From: Clostridiales bacterium
GTDB taxonomy: Bacteria; Bacillota; Clostridia; Oscillospirales; CAG-272
Assembly (NCBI GenBank): GCA_012727435.1
Contig: JAAYHB010000006.1
Location: 12,327-76,326 of the forward strand
Reading direction: 5' to 3'
Length of the DNA stretch: 64,000 nt
In this document: positions 9,507-22,224 of the stretch, one piece after another
Position numbering within the stretch: position 1 is the first letter of the stretch
Layout: each line of letters starts with the position of its first letter
The notes under the pieces: model-generated
Told to the model about the DNA's origin: nothing
Seen by the model: the letters and a program-made list of their open reading frames with translations, nothing else
The model's database searches: none
Made by a program: the position numbers and the translations under genes

Positions 9507-12500
9507 GTGGAGCATAATGAATTCTATTCGATAAAAATCGGTCTTGCATCCCCCGAAATGATAAGGTCGTGGTCCCATGGCGAGGTGGTCAAACCCGAAA
9601 CCATAAATTACCGAACGCTCAAAGCAGAGGTCGGCGGCCTTTTCTGCGAGCGCATCTTCGGCCCGACCAAAGACGGGGCCTGCATGTGCGGAAAGTATAA
9701 AAACTACCATAACCGTGATGTTATCCGCTGCGAGAAGTGCGGCGTCGACGTCACGACCAAGAAGGTGCGCCGCGAACGCATGGGGCATATAGAGCTTGCC
9801 TCACCGGTTTCGCATATCTGGTATTTCAAGACGATACCCTCGCGCATGGCGCTGGTGCTCGACATATCCCCCAAACAGCTCGAGCAGGTCCTGTATTTTG
9901 CCGAAAACATCGTGCTCGACCCCGGAATCACCCCGCTAACCAAGGGAATGGTGCTCAGCGAGCGGATGTACATGGAATACCGCGAAATGTACGGCAACGC
10001 GTTTCGGGTCGGCATGGGCGCCGAGGCGATAAAGGAGCTGCTCTCCCAGATTGACGTCAATGAATTGTCGGCCCAGCTTAAAGCCGAACTGGAAACTGCC
10101 ACCGGGCAGAAGAAGGCCCGGATTATCAAGCGGCTTGAGGTTGTGGAGGCATTCCGGAAATCCGGGAATCGCCTTGAGTGGATGATACTCGAGGTAATTC
10201 CGGTTATTCCGCCGGATATCCGCCCGATGGTCCAGCTTGACGGCGGACGCTTTGCGTCAAGCGACCTCAACGAGCTTTACCGCCGCGTTATCAGCAGAAA
10301 CAACCGGCTCAAGAAGCTGATGGAGATACACACCCCCGAGATAGTTATCAGAAACGAGAAGCGTATGCTTCAGGGGGCGGTCGATGCCCTTATCGACAAC
10401 GGTCGCCGTGGAAAGCCGGTCACCGGCCCGTCTAACCGTCCCTTAAAATCGCTTTCAGAGATGTTGCGCGGCAAGCAGGGCAGGTTCCGCCAGAATCTGC
10501 TCGGCAAGCGCGTCGACTACTCGGGGCGTTCGGTTATCGTGGTCGGCCCGTCGCTGAAAATCTATCAGTGCGGACTGCCCAAAGAGATGGCTCTCGAGCT
10601 TTTCAAGCCCTTTGTGATAAAGCGCCTGGTCGAGATGCAGAAGGCCACCAATGTAAAGGACGCGCAGAAGAAGATTGACCGTTCCCATGACCCTGCCAAT
10701 GCGGCAGTATGGGACGCGCTTGAGAACGTTATTAAGGAGCACCCGGTGCTGCTCAACCGCGCGCCTACCCTCCACAGGCTCTCGATTCAGGCCTTCGAAC
10801 CGGTACTGGTCGAGGGGCGAGCCATAAAACTGCACCCGTTGGTCTGCACAGCATTCAACGCAGACTTCGACGGCGACCAGATGCCGGTGCATGTGCCGCT
10901 CTCGGCCGAAGCGCAGGCCGAAGCGCGCTTCCTCATGCTCTCGGCCAACAACCTTCTCAAACCCATGGACGGGCGCGCCGTCACTGTCCCGACTCAGGAT
11001 ATGGTTCTCGGCTGCTACTATCTGACCATGGAAAAGGCCGGTGACCCCGGAGAGGATAGGGTATTCCGCGATTTCAACGAGGCCGTCATGGCATATGAAA
11101 ACGGCCAGATCGGGTTGCATGCGCATATTTTTGTCAGGACGGCCCAGAGCTCGGAGGCCGTTCTCTGCAGGCTTACTGATTATAAAGCGAAAACAACTCC
11201 GGCCGGCACCGAAGTTACCTTTACGGTGCCCTGTGAGCGCATCATCACCCCGACCGAACGCACCTGCGGGTACACCTATGTGCGCGTGCTCAGGGGCGGC
11301 GACGAGATATTCAGGGATAACACCACCTCTGTTGTCGGTGGCGCAGAAGAAGTAAAGCGCAGCGGCGAATGTACGCTGCTCATAAAAGGCTTCTCAAACC
11401 TTGCCGAGGGTGATGTAATTGAGGTCTGCTACAAGAACACCGGCATAATTCATAGCACTCTCGGAAGAATGATTTTCAACCGGCCGCTGCCGCAGGATCT
11501 CGGCTTTGTCAACAGGTCGGACTTCACCAAATTGCACGACCTTGAGATCGATTTTGTCGTCAGAAGCAAGGATCTGGGGCACATTATAGACCGCTGCATC
11601 AGCAAGCACGGCACAGCGACCTGTGCCATCATACTCGATCAAATCAAGGAATTGGGGTTCAAATATTCGACCCGTGCGGCGATGTCAATTTCGGTCTATG
11701 ATATGACTATTCCGAAGGAAAAGGCTGCCCTTATCGCCGAGGCCGAAAAGAAGGTCGAGACCATAACCAAACACTACATGCGCGGCCGCCTTTCCGAGGA
11801 GGAGCGGTACAAGAACGTCATCAGCATCTGGGAGCAGACCACCGCCGACGTCACCGCCGCACTTCAGGACAGCTTCGACCCGAATAACCCGCTGCGTATA
11901 ATGTCCGACTCGGGAGCCCGCGGATCAATCACACAGATGCGCCAGCTTGCCGGAATGCGCGGGCCGATGTTTGCGGCAGGCGGCAAGACCATGGAAATCC
12001 CCATAAGGTCAAACTTCCGCGAGGGCATGAAAATTTTCGAGTACTTCATGGGCGCGAGAAGCTCGCGCAAATCGCTGTCTGATACCGCGCTGCGCACTGC
12101 CGACTCGGGGTATCTCACCCGCCGTCTGGTCGACGTGGCGCAGGAGGTTATTGTCCGGGAAGAGAAGTGCTCAACCGATAAGGGCATGTGGGTGTCGGCA
12201 ATTATCGATGAGGACAAGAACGTAGTCGAGCCGCTGATTGACCGCATACTCGGCAGGTACACTATGGGAGATGTGATAAACCCCAAGACCGGCGAGGTTA
12301 TTGTGCCTGACGACACCATGATTTCGGATGATGACGCCGCAAGAATCATCGAAGCCGGAATTGACCGGGTGTATATCAGGTCGGTTTTGAAGTGCAAGAC
12401 GAGAAACGGAGTCTGCGCGCACTGCTACGGCTCAGATCTTGCCACCGGCAAGCCGGTCAGCGTAGGAGAGGCGGTCGGAATAATTGCCGCACAGTCGATA

Positions 12501-13349
12501 GGCGAGCCGGGCACTCAGCTCACCATGCGTACTTTCCACTCGGGAGGTGTCGCTGGTGCAGACATTACACAGGGTCTCCCGCGTGTCGAAGAGCTGTTTG
12601 AGGCAAGGCAGCCCAAGAAGGCGGCAATCATTGCCGAGGTTTCGGGTATGGCATATGTCACAATCGGCGAGAACGCCAACACGCATATAATTACGATTCA
12701 CCCCGACAAGACCGAAGACAACGCCTTCCATGAGATAAAGGAATATCATGTTCCGTATGGAACGCGGGTGATTATTTCAGACGAGGAGAGGGTCGAGGCC
12801 GGACAGGCGCTGACCGAAGGGAACAAGGCGCCGGCCGACATCATGCGTATACTCGGGCTTGATGCCGTTTACGAGTACCTCCTCAAGGAAATCCAGCGCG
12901 TTTACCGCTCTCAGTCCTGCAACGTCAACGACAAGCACATCGAAATAATTGCACGCCAGATGACCCGCAAGGTTAAAATCGAGGATTCGGGCGACACCGA
13001 CATGCTCTTAGGCTCGCTTGTCGATATCAACGAGTTTGAGGACAAAAACAATCAGATTGCCGAAGCCAACCGGGCAGACGGCGGCAAACGTCGGCCTGCA
13101 GAGGGCTCGATAGTGCTGCTCGGAATAACCAAGGCTGCGCTGCTGACCGAATCCTTCCTGTCGGCCGCCTCCTTCCAGGAGACCACAAGGGTGCTCACCG
13201 ATGCGGCAATAAAGGGCAAGGTCGACCGGCTGCTCGGACTCAAGGAGAATGTCATCATCGGCAAGCTCATACCGGCCGGAACCGGCATGGATTGCTACCG
13301 CAATGTAGGGGTAAAGAAAGCCGAAGGCTCGGAGGTCAAAGCTGTTTGA
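9507..13349 (+). CDS. rpoC: DNA-directed RNA polymerase subunit beta'
   Basis: 1280-aa ORF with a GTG start after an [26 protein letters not shown], the zinc-finger segment CMCGKYK...CEKCG, the catalytic NADFDGDQM and [16 protein letters not shown] are all present. Confidence 0.98.
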   Translation: MEHNEFYSIKIGLASPEMIRSWSHGEVVKPETINYRTLKAEVGGLFCERIFGPTKDGACMCGKYKNYHNRDVIRCEKCGVDVTTKKVRRERMGHIELASPVSHIWYFKTIPSRMALVLDISPKQLEQVLYFAENIVLDPGITPLTKGMVLSERMYMEYREMYGNAFRVGMGAEAIKELLSQIDVNELSAQLKAELETATGQKKARIIKRLEVVEAFRKSGNRLEWMILEVIPVIPPDIRPMVQLDGGRFASSDLNELYRRVISRNNRLKKLMEIHTPEIVIRNEKRMLQGAVDALIDNGRRGKPVTGPSNRPLKSLSEMLRGKQGRFRQNLLGKRVDYSGRSVIVVGPSLKIYQCGLPKEMALELFKPFVIKRLVEMQKATNVKDAQKKIDRSHDPANAAVWDALENVIKEHPVLLNRAPTLHRLSIQAFEPVLVEGRAIKLHPLVCTAFNADFDGDQMPVHVPLSAEAQAEARFLMLSANNLLKPMDGRAVTVPTQDMVLGCYYLTMEKAGDPGEDRVFRDFNEAVMAYENGQIGLHAHIFVRTAQSSEAVLCRLTDYKAKTTPAGTEVTFTVPCERIITPTERTCGYTYVRVLRGGDEIFRDNTTSVVGGAEEVKRSGECTLLIKGFSNLAEGDVIEVCYKNTGIIHSTLGRMIFNRPLPQDLGFVNRSDFTKLHDLEIDFVVRSKDLGHIIDRCISKHGTATCAIILDQIKELGFKYSTRAAMSISVYDMTIPKEKAALIAEAEKKVETITKHYMRGRLSEEERYKNVISIWEQTTADVTAALQDSFDPNNPLRIMSDSGARGSITQMRQLAGMRGPMFAAGGKTMEIPIRSNFREGMKIFEYFMGARSSRKSLSDTALRTADSGYLTRRLVDVAQEVIVREEKCSTDKGMWVSAIIDEDKNVVEPLIDRILGRYTMGDVINPKTGEVIVPDDTMISDDDAARIIEAGIDRVYIRSVLKCKTRNGVCAHCYGSDLATGKPVSVGEAVGIIAAQSIGEPGTQLTMRTFHSGGVAGADITQGLPRVEELFEARQPKKAAIIAEVSGMAYVTIGENANTHIITIHPDKTEDNAFHEIKEYHVPYGTRVIISDEERVEAGQALTEGNKAPADIMRILGLDAVYEYLLKEIQRVYRSQSCNVNDKHIEIIARQMTRKVKIEDSGDTDMLLGSLVDINEFEDKNNQIAEANRADGGKRRPAEGSIVLLGITKAALLTESFLSAASFQETTRVLTDAAIKGKVDRLLGLKENVIIGKLIPAGTGMDCYRNVGVKKAEGSEVKAV

Positions 13350-13397
13350 TGCCGGCAATCTGAATAATGCTTTGCCGCTTTATGGACGCGTGATACA

Positions 13398-13433
13398 GGG
13401 GAAACTTCCGGGCGGGGTTTCCCCGTATCTTTT
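13398..13433 (+). terminator. Intrinsic terminator after rpoC
   Basis: GGGGAAAC (13398-13405), a 11-nt loop, GTTTCCCC (13417-13424), then GTATCTTTT. Confidence 0.6.
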
Positions 13434-13460
13434 AACCTATGAAAAAGGAACCCTTCGGAC

Positions 13461-14062
13461 ATGAGCCATTATTTCATTGAGGACAGGGGTCTGCTCCACA
13501 GGCCGAGGTATGTGACCTATAACTTTGCCGGTATTGACTTTGTGTTTGAAACCGACTCGGGACTCTTTTCAAAGGATCATATCGACCCGGCCAGTGATAT
13601 TCTGATAAGAGCCCTGCCGCCCCTGTCGGGCTCGCTGCTCGATCTGTGCTGCGGTTATGGCTGTATCGGTATTGTGCTGGCAAAGGCTTATTCGCTGCGG
13701 CTCACCCAGTCGGACATCAACGAGGCGGCGCTCAGACTTACCCGGAAGAACTGCGAGGCTGCGGGGGTTGAGTCTGTCATAATCAAGTCAGACTGTTTTG
13801 AGAACATCCGGGGCCTATTTGATACAATAACATTGAACCCCCCGATTCATGCCGGCAAGGCGGTGGTATACCGTATGTTTGAGGAATCGGCAGAGCACCT
13901 TGTCGAGGGGGGCAGACTTTTTGTCGTGACCCTGAAAAAGCACGGGGCCGAGAGTACTAAAAAAAGCTGCTTGAGGTATTCGGAAATTGTGATACACTTG
14001 TAAAAAAGAAGGGTTATTTCGTTTTCTGCTGTACCCGTATAACCCCGCAGGATGCTTCATAA
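13461..14062 (+). pseudogene. Small class I SAM-dependent rRNA methyltransferase (RsmC / YbxB-like), disrupted by a -1 frameshift in an A7 run
   Basis: LDLCCGYGCIGIVLA (SAM site) and NPPIHAGK are present. The annotated frame ends at 14003 (…AESTKKSCLRYSEIVIHL*). The +2 frame after the A-run at 13959-13965 reads KKLLEVFGNCDTLVKKKGYFVFCCT…* and stops at 14060-14062. That is the expected family C-terminus; compare B. subtilis YbxB …KLEELF..VEVV.KKKGYYII. Confidence 0.8.
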
Positions 14063-14204
14063 TAAGCAGTCATGCTGCATCTTTTACCCCGGACAAACGA
14101 TATGTAAAAGTCCGGAATCATATTGAAATATATAGCAAATAATATACAGCAGTGCATATCTTATTGTGCAAATAGTAGAAATGCCGGGGCAAAAATAAAG
14201 TTTC

Positions 14205-14233
14205 TTGACAACTTCTGTAGCTGATGATATAAT
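14205..14233 (+). promoter_or_regulatory. Consensus sigma-A promoter of the str operon
   Basis: TTGACA (14205-14210), a 17-nt spacer, then TATAAT (14228-14233). Confidence 0.7.
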
Positions 14234-14340
14234 ATACTGTAACTGTGCGTACCCCGGAAACTCGGGGAACGTATAACTTCGTGCGGTCAAGCATACGTGC
14301 GAAAAACATTAAATTTCAAAAGGAGGACAGAAGAGCAAGG

Positions 14341-14754
14341 ATGCCGACCTTCAACCAGTTAGTGCGGCAAGGACGCCGGGATAAAGTTGTCAAATCAAAG
14401 GCTCCGCTGCTTCAGAAGGGTTTCAATACCCTGAAGAACAGGCCGATTACCCTGCCTTCGCCCCAGAAAAGAGGCGTCTGCACAAAGGTTTCGACGACCA
14501 GCCCGAAAAAGCCTAACTCGGCGCTCCGCAAGATCGCCAAGGTAAGGCTGAGCAACGGTTATGAGGCTACAACCTATATACCGGGAATCGGGCACAACCT
14601 GCAGGAGCACTCGGTGGTGCTTATCAGGGGCGGCAGAGTACGTGACCTGCCGGGCATACGTTATCACATCATCCGCGGCACACTTGACGCCCAGGGCGTG
14701 GCCAACCGCAGGCAGGGACGTTCCAAATACGGTGCAAAAGCCCCGAAGAAATAA
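14341..14754 (+). CDS. rpsL: 30S ribosomal protein S12
   Basis: [12 protein letters not shown]…[10 protein letters not shown]…[10 protein letters not shown]…[18 protein letters not shown] take the true start as the ATG at 14341; the ORF-track start at 14245 lies in the leader. Confidence 0.97.
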   Translation: MPTFNQLVRQGRRDKVVKSKAPLLQKGFNTLKNRPITLPSPQKRGVCTKVSTTSPKKPNSALRKIAKVRLSNGYEATTYIPGIGHNLQEHSVVLIRGGRVRDLPGIRYHIIRGTLDAQGVANRRQGRSKYGAKAPKK

Positions 14755-14861
14755 GGGGTAAAACAAGGGTAGGAATAAAGCAGGCAAGCCCGTCAGTTTG
14801 AGTTGAAATTTAATGTTTTTTTAACCAACCGGCGCGGCGCTTACAAAAGGAATGCTTTTGA

Positions 14862-15374
<513 letters not shown>

Positions 15375-15492
15375 TGGTCGGCCAAATACACTGCCCGATG
15401 GCCATCTGATGCGACGCCGATATCTCGATTTACGCGCAGCGTGAAAAGGAGATACGCCGGAGCAATTTATATTTTAAGGAGAACCGCGATTT

Positions 15493-17565
<2,073 letters not shown>

Positions 17566-17598
17566 AAACAAACACATTTTGCATGGAGGAAATTCAAA

Positions 17599-18804
17599 AT
17601 GGCAAAAGCTAAGTTTGAACGCAAAAAGCCCCACGTAAACATCGGTACCATCGGCCACGTCGACCATGGTAAAACCACGCTGACTGCAGCTATCACAAAA
17701 GTCCTGTCATTGAAGAACACCTCTGTCGAGTTCTTGGGATATGATCAGATCGACAATGCCCCGGAAGAGAAGGCAAGAGGTATTACAATCAATACCCGGC
17801 ACGTTGAATACGAGACCGACAAGCGCCACTACGCGCACGTCGACTGCCCGGGCCACGCCGACTATGTCAAGAACATGATTACCGGTGCGGCTCAGATGGA
17901 CGGCGCTATCCTTGTGGTTGCCGCCTCCGACGGTCCGCTGCAGCAGACCCGCGAGCACGTTCTGCTCGCCCGTCAGGTCGGTGTTCCTGCCATTGTCGTT
18001 TTCCTGAACAAGGTCGACCTTGTCGACGACGAGGAGCTGCTTGATCTCGTCGAGATGGAGACCAGAGATCTGCTGTCCTCCTATGACTTCCCGGGCGACG
18101 ATATCCCGTTTGTCCGTGGCTCGGCTCGTGATGCCCTTGAGAGCACCTCGAAGGATCCCGATGCCCCCGAGTACAAGTGCATTTGGGAGCTGATGGATGC
18201 GGTTGACAGCTATATCCCGCCCCCCGAGAGAAAGAGCGACCTGCCCTTCATGATGCCTGTTGAGGACGTCTTCTCGATTTCAGGCCGCGGCACCGTCGCT
18301 ACCGGCCGTGTCGAGCGCGGCACCGTCAAGTTGGGCGACACCATAGAAATCGTCGGCCTTTCCACCGAGAAGAAAACCACGGTCGTTACCGGTGTCGAAA
18401 TGTTCCATAAGATGCTTGATGTAGCCGAAGCCGGCGACAACATCGGCGTTCTGCTTCGCGGCATTGACAAAAACGGAATCAGGCGCGGACAGGTTATCTG
18501 CAAGCCCGGCACTATTCAACCGCACACCAAGTTTACCGGCCGTGTCTACGTTCTGACCGAAAAAGAAGGCGGCCGCAAGAAGCCCTTCTTCTCGGGCTAC
18601 AGACCGCAGTTCTACTTCGGCACAACCGACGTTACCGGTGTTATCAATCTTCCCAAGGACGTTGAAATGTGCCGTCCCGGCGACCATGTGGACATGGACG
18701 TCGAGCTGATCACCCCGGTCGCTATTGAGGAAGGTCTCCGCTTCGCTATCCGTGAAGGCGGCAGAACCGTCGGCTCGGGCGTTGTCACCAAGATAAACGA
18801 GTAA
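17599..18804 (+). CDS. tuf: Elongation factor Tu, with several substitutions at usually invariant positions
   Basis: 401 aa. [18 protein letters not shown] and NKVD are present. It has [16 protein letters not shown] and [10 protein letters not shown] where E. coli and B. subtilis have PMPQTREH, GGRHTPFF and FYFRTTDVTG. Confidence 0.93.
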   Translation: MAKAKFERKKPHVNIGTIGHVDHGKTTLTAAITKVLSLKNTSVEFLGYDQIDNAPEEKARGITINTRHVEYETDKRHYAHVDCPGHADYVKNMITGAAQMDGAILVVAASDGPLQQTREHVLLARQVGVPAIVVFLNKVDLVDDEELLDLVEMETRDLLSSYDFPGDDIPFVRGSARDALESTSKDPDAPEYKCIWELMDAVDSYIPPPERKSDLPFMMPVEDVFSISGRGTVATGRVERGTVKLGDTIEIVGLSTEKKTTVVTGVEMFHKMLDVAEAGDNIGVLLRGIDKNGIRRGQVICKPGTIQPHTKFTGRVYVLTEKEGGRKKPFFSGYRPQFYFGTTDVTGVINLPKDVEMCRPGDHVDMDVELITPVAIEEGLRFAIREGGRTVGSGVVTKINE

Positions 18805-18818
18805 TCCGAATTATGTTG

Positions 18819-18853
18819 CTGCCATCGGGCGCGCACGGCTCGCCCGATGGCAG
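18819..18853 (+). terminator. 13-bp perfect hairpin after tuf with no U-tract
   Basis: CTGCCATCGGGCG-CGCACGGCT-CGCCCGATGGCAG. The downstream sequence GGAATGAACC is not T-rich, so the function (terminator or processing/stability element) is uncertain. Confidence 0.45.
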
Positions 18854-18910
18854 GGAATGAACCTCTGGGTTCTATACGCACATGCTGCAAAATTGAATAA
18901 TATAAAAATT

Positions 18911-19060
18911 ATCTTTGGGGATTGGTGAAATTCCATACCGGCGGTATAGTCCGCGAACCCGCAAGGGCCGATGAGGTGAGATTCCTCAACCGACAGTTAC
19001 AGTCTGGATGGGAGAAGATAAACATATCCCCGTGCGCATTTTGCGTACGGGGTTTATCTT
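18911..19060 (+). promoter_or_regulatory. FMN riboswitch (RFN element) with terminator expression platform
   Basis: Aptamer: TCTTTGGGGATTGGTGAAATTCCATACCGGCGGTATAGTCCGCGAACCC…GATGAGGTGAGATTCCTCAACCGACAGTTACAGTCTGGATGGGAGAAG. It matches the conserved RFN core. Terminator: CCCCGTGCGCA-TTT-TGCGTACGGGG (19028-19052) plus TTTATCTT. Confidence 0.9.
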
Positions 19061-19080
19061 CCTCTGGAAAGGAGGGAAAA

Positions 19081-19773
19081 ATGAATTATACTGCAAGGCA
19101 ATACAGCCTTAAAAGACTGGTTCTTCTTGCGATGTTTTCAGCGCTCGCCTACGCTACTATGTTCGTGCTCCGCATTAAGGTCTCATTTCTGACCTTTGAG
19201 CCTAAGGACTCGGTGATTACAATCGCGGCCATGAGCATGGGACCGTTAAGCGGCCTTGTCATATCTCTTTTGGTTACCTTCCTTGAGATGGTAACGGTGA
19301 GCGACACCGGATTTTACGGTTGGATAATGAATTTTTCGGCAGCAGCGGTTTTCTCAACAGTTGCAAGCCTGTTTTACCGGCGGATAAGAACGGTATGGGG
19401 GGCGCTGGCCGGGCTGGCCTCCGCGGTGGCGAGCATGACGGTCGTAATGTTGCTTTTGAACCTTGTCATCACACCTCTTTATGCCGGCGTTAAGGTCGAT
19501 ACCGTAATTGAGATGATCCCTCCGCTGCTGTTGCCCTTCAATCTCATCAAAGCGACACTGAACAGCGCGCTGGTCATGGTGCTTTACAAGCCGATATCAA
19601 CCGCGCTCAAGAACACACACATGCTGCCGGGTACTCAAGACGCTGTCAGCAGCACCTACAAACTCGACCGCAAAGGCATTGCCGTGCTGCTTGCCGGCAT
19701 AATACTTATTGCACTGTGTGTTGTTGTTCTGATATTCATAATGGACGGCAGCATTTTGTTCTTCAAAAAGTAA
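19081..19773 (+). CDS. ribU: Riboflavin transporter, ECF S-component type (RibU-like)
   Basis: ATG at 19081 after a GGAGGGAAAA RBS. Multi-pass membrane protein (LVLLAMFSALAYATMFVL…) lying immediately downstream of the FMN riboswitch. The ORF-track N-terminal extension from 18922 overlaps the riboswitch. Confidence 0.75.
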   Translation: MNYTARQYSLKRLVLLAMFSALAYATMFVLRIKVSFLTFEPKDSVITIAAMSMGPLSGLVISLLVTFLEMVTVSDTGFYGWIMNFSAAAVFSTVASLFYRRIRTVWGALAGLASAVASMTVVMLLLNLVITPLYAGVKVDTVIEMIPPLLLPFNLIKATLNSALVMVLYKPISTALKNTHMLPGTQDAVSSTYKLDRKGIAVLLAGIILIALCVVVLIFIMDGSILFFKK

Positions 19774-19813
19774 GTGACACCGGATAAACTGCATGGAAGG
19801 GAATACCGAAAAA

Positions 19814-20320
19814 ATGGCAGAAGCAATAAAAGAATTTTTTCTTGAGACGGTGGGAGTGGGCTGGAGCGTTCTGCTCTGCTCGATGCTGCCGATAATCGAG
19901 CTGCGGGGCGCAATACCCCTCGGCGCGGCGCTGGGGCTGCCCCTCTGGCAGAACTACCTGCTTGCCGTCATCGGAAACATGCTTCCGGTACCCTTCATCC
20001 TGCTTTTTATCCGGAAAATCATATACTGGATGGAGCGCTCGAAAATAAAACTATTAAACCGCTTTGCCGGCTGGCTTGACCGTAAGGCGGTTAAAAACAG
20101 AGGGAAGATTGAAAAATACTCATTCTGGGGGCTTTGTTTTTTTGTGGCCGTGCCCCTGCCGGTCACCGGAGCATGGACCGGTTCGCTTGTCGCCGCAACA
20201 ATCGGCATGAGATTTAAAACCGCAATTGTCTCGGTGCTGCTCGGGGTTATGATTGCGGGCATCATTATGTCTCTCGGGTCATACGGTGTGGTGGCGGCCT
20301 TTAAATTCTTTGCCGGGTAA
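19814..20320 (+). CDS. Small membrane protein of the COG2426 / Sm_multidrug_ex family
   Basis: LPIIELRGAIPLGAALGLP is the family signature, and there are 4 TM segments. It starts 40 nt after ribU with no intervening terminator. Confidence 0.7.
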   Translation: MAEAIKEFFLETVGVGWSVLLCSMLPIIELRGAIPLGAALGLPLWQNYLLAVIGNMLPVPFILLFIRKIIYWMERSKIKLLNRFAGWLDRKAVKNRGKIEKYSFWGLCFFVAVPLPVTGAWTGSLVAATIGMRFKTAIVSVLLGVMIAGIIMSLGSYGVVAAFKFFAG

Positions 20321-20327
20321 AAAATCC

Positions 20328-20356
20328 TTGCATTTTGGAATCCGGTGTGGTATACT
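20328..20356 (+). promoter_or_regulatory. Sigma-A promoter of the metK leader
   Basis: TTGCAT (20328-20333), a 17-nt spacer ending in TGG, then TATACT (20351-20356). Confidence 0.6.
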
Positions 20357-20390
20357 GAATAAAGAAAGCGAAAATTTAATACTGCGCTGA

Positions 20391-20514
20391 TTCTTATCGA
20401 GAGTGACGGAGGGACAGGCCTTATGATGTCACAGCAACCTGCCGCACGGCAAGGTGCTAAATCCTGACAGATGAGAGAGATGGCTCCGTCTGTCTGTGCG
20501 GAGCCTTAATTTTT
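20391..20514 (+). promoter_or_regulatory. SAM-I riboswitch (S-box) with terminator
   Basis: TTCTTATCGAGAGTGACGGAGGGACAGGCC…GCAACC…GGTGCTAAATCCTGACAGATGAGAGA matches the S-box core. Terminator: GGCTCCG-N10-CGGAGCC (20482-20505) plus TTAATTTTT. Confidence 0.9.
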
Positions 20515-20580
20515 GCCTGTTCTTCCGTGTCCGGCAATATTGCGTATGAAGGCATAAACCAGAACAAAAAGGAAAAAGGA

Positions 20581-21759
20581 ATGAAAAGGATACTGTTTAC
20601 ATCAGAATCGGTGACCGAAGGTCATCCCGATAAAATCTGCGATAAAATCTCCGACGCCGTGCTCGACGAGATACTCCGGCAGGACAGCTTGGCGCGGGTG
20701 GCCTGCGAAGCTTTCTGCACAACCGGCATGGTCATGCTCATGGGGGAGATTACCACAAGTGCGAATGTCGATTATCAGGCTGTCGCGCGCGAGACCATAC
20801 GTTCAATAGGCTACGACAACCCCGAGTACGGCTTTGACTACAACAGCTGCGCGGTCATTACCTCGATACACGGGCAGTCGCCTGATATTGCGATGGGGGT
20901 CAACCGCTCATATGAGGCGAGAGCCGGCTATGACAACGATGGCTTTGACATCGGCGCCGGAGATCAGGGCATGATGTTCGGCTTTGCCTGCACCGAAACC
21001 CCCGAGCTGATGCCGCTGCCGATATCGCTTGCCCACAGGCTCGCCCGGCGGCTGGCAGAAGTGAGGAAGAATAAAACCCTGCCTTACCTGCGGCCCGACG
21101 GCAAGACGCAGGTCACGGTCGAGTATTGCGACAACAGGCCTGTGCGGGTTGACACCGTGGTCATATCGACCCAGCACAGCCCCGACGTGTCCGAAAAACA
21201 GCTGAACAACGACATCACGGAACAAGTAATATTGGCTACAATTCCACGGGAATTAGTTGACCGTGATACAAAAATATATATAAACCCGACCGGCAGGTTT
21301 GTGATCGGCGGGCCGGCCGGGGACACCGGGCTTACCGGGCGCAAGATTATCGTAGACACCTACGGCGGCTACTCAAGGCACGGCGGCGGCTCCTTCTCGG
21401 GCAAGGACCCCACCAAGGTTGACCGCTCGGGCGCATATGCCGCGAGATATGCCGCGAAAAACATTGTCGCGGCGGGACTTGCCGAGAGGTGCGAGGTCCA
21501 GATTGCATATGCCATAGGTGTAGCGAGGCCGGTGTCGGTGATGATCGACACCTTCGGCACCGGAGTTGTACCCGAGGAGGCAATATCCGAAAAGCTGAAA
21601 AGCTGCTTTGACCTGCGCCCGGCGGCCATCATCTCGCGCTTTAACCTGCGCCGCCCGATATACGAACAACTGGCGGCCTACGGTCACATGGGCAGGGAAG
21701 ACCTTGACCTGCCCTGGGAGCAGCGCGACCTTGCGGATAAACTTAAGGAGCTGTTTTAA
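20581..21759 (+). CDS. metK: S-adenosylmethionine synthetase
   Basis: [25 protein letters not shown]…[12 protein letters not shown]…[19 protein letters not shown] at 20581 after GGAAAAAGGA. Confidence 0.97.
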   Translation: MKRILFTSESVTEGHPDKICDKISDAVLDEILRQDSLARVACEAFCTTGMVMLMGEITTSANVDYQAVARETIRSIGYDNPEYGFDYNSCAVITSIHGQSPDIAMGVNRSYEARAGYDNDGFDIGAGDQGMMFGFACTETPELMPLPISLAHRLARRLAEVRKNKTLPYLRPDGKTQVTVEYCDNRPVRVDTVVISTQHSPDVSEKQLNNDITEQVILATIPRELVDRDTKIYINPTGRFVIGGPAGDTGLTGRKIIVDTYGGYSRHGGGSFSGKDPTKVDRSGAYAARYAAKNIVAAGLAERCEVQIAYAIGVARPVSVMIDTFGTGVVPEEAISEKLKSCFDLRPAAIISRFNLRRPIYEQLAAYGHMGREDLDLPWEQRDLADKLKELF

Positions 21760-21871
21760 TCAGAAATATATTAAATTAGAACCCGAAAAGAAAATATAGC
21801 CTGCAAATGAGCCCTCGACAATAACCCAAGACTGCCGACAGCGCATATCATTATACGGGGAGGTATGCGCT

Positions 21872-22210
21872 ATGGATACCGGACTTTTGCTGGAGATCCT
21901 GATTTCGGTTTTTGCGGTTTTCGGGGCGTGCAGCCTGATAAAACTTTTGGCCGAAACCTATTTGACCGGCGACAAGTACGCGATTGCGATTATCTGCGAT
22001 CCGGGGACAGACCCCGACGAGATTGGCTGCCTTGTCAACCGTGCCCGCACGTCCTGGTACAAAAGAGGCGAGACAATTGTGCTTCTGCGCGGCGAGGTGT
22101 CGCTGCCTGCCGAGCTTGAAGCAGCGCTGCGCGAGGGCGGCGTGAAAATATTCCGCATAATGGATTATCGTGCCAGAACATACGAGGAGCAGGACAAAAA
22201 CATAGAATAA
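21872..22210 (+). CDS. Hypothetical small membrane-anchored protein (112 aa)
   Basis: GGGGAGG RBS 8 nt upstream. One N-terminal TM helix (LLLEILISVFAVFGACSLI). No recognised family. Confidence 0.5.
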   Translation: MDTGLLLEILISVFAVFGACSLIKLLAETYLTGDKYAIAIICDPGTDPDEIGCLVNRARTSWYKRGETIVLLRGEVSLPAELEAALREGGVKIFRIMDYRARTYEEQDKNIE

Positions 22211-22224
22211 CAGGAGAACGACGG

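Noticed and set aside
18922-19080. N-terminal extension of the ribU ORF in the track (MVKFHTGGIVREPARADEV…).
   Set aside because: This stretch is the FMN riboswitch aptamer and terminator. The real start is the ATG at 19081, with a GGAGGGAAAA RBS. For the same reason, the 20527 start of metK lies in the S-box terminator and 14245 lies in the rpsL leader.
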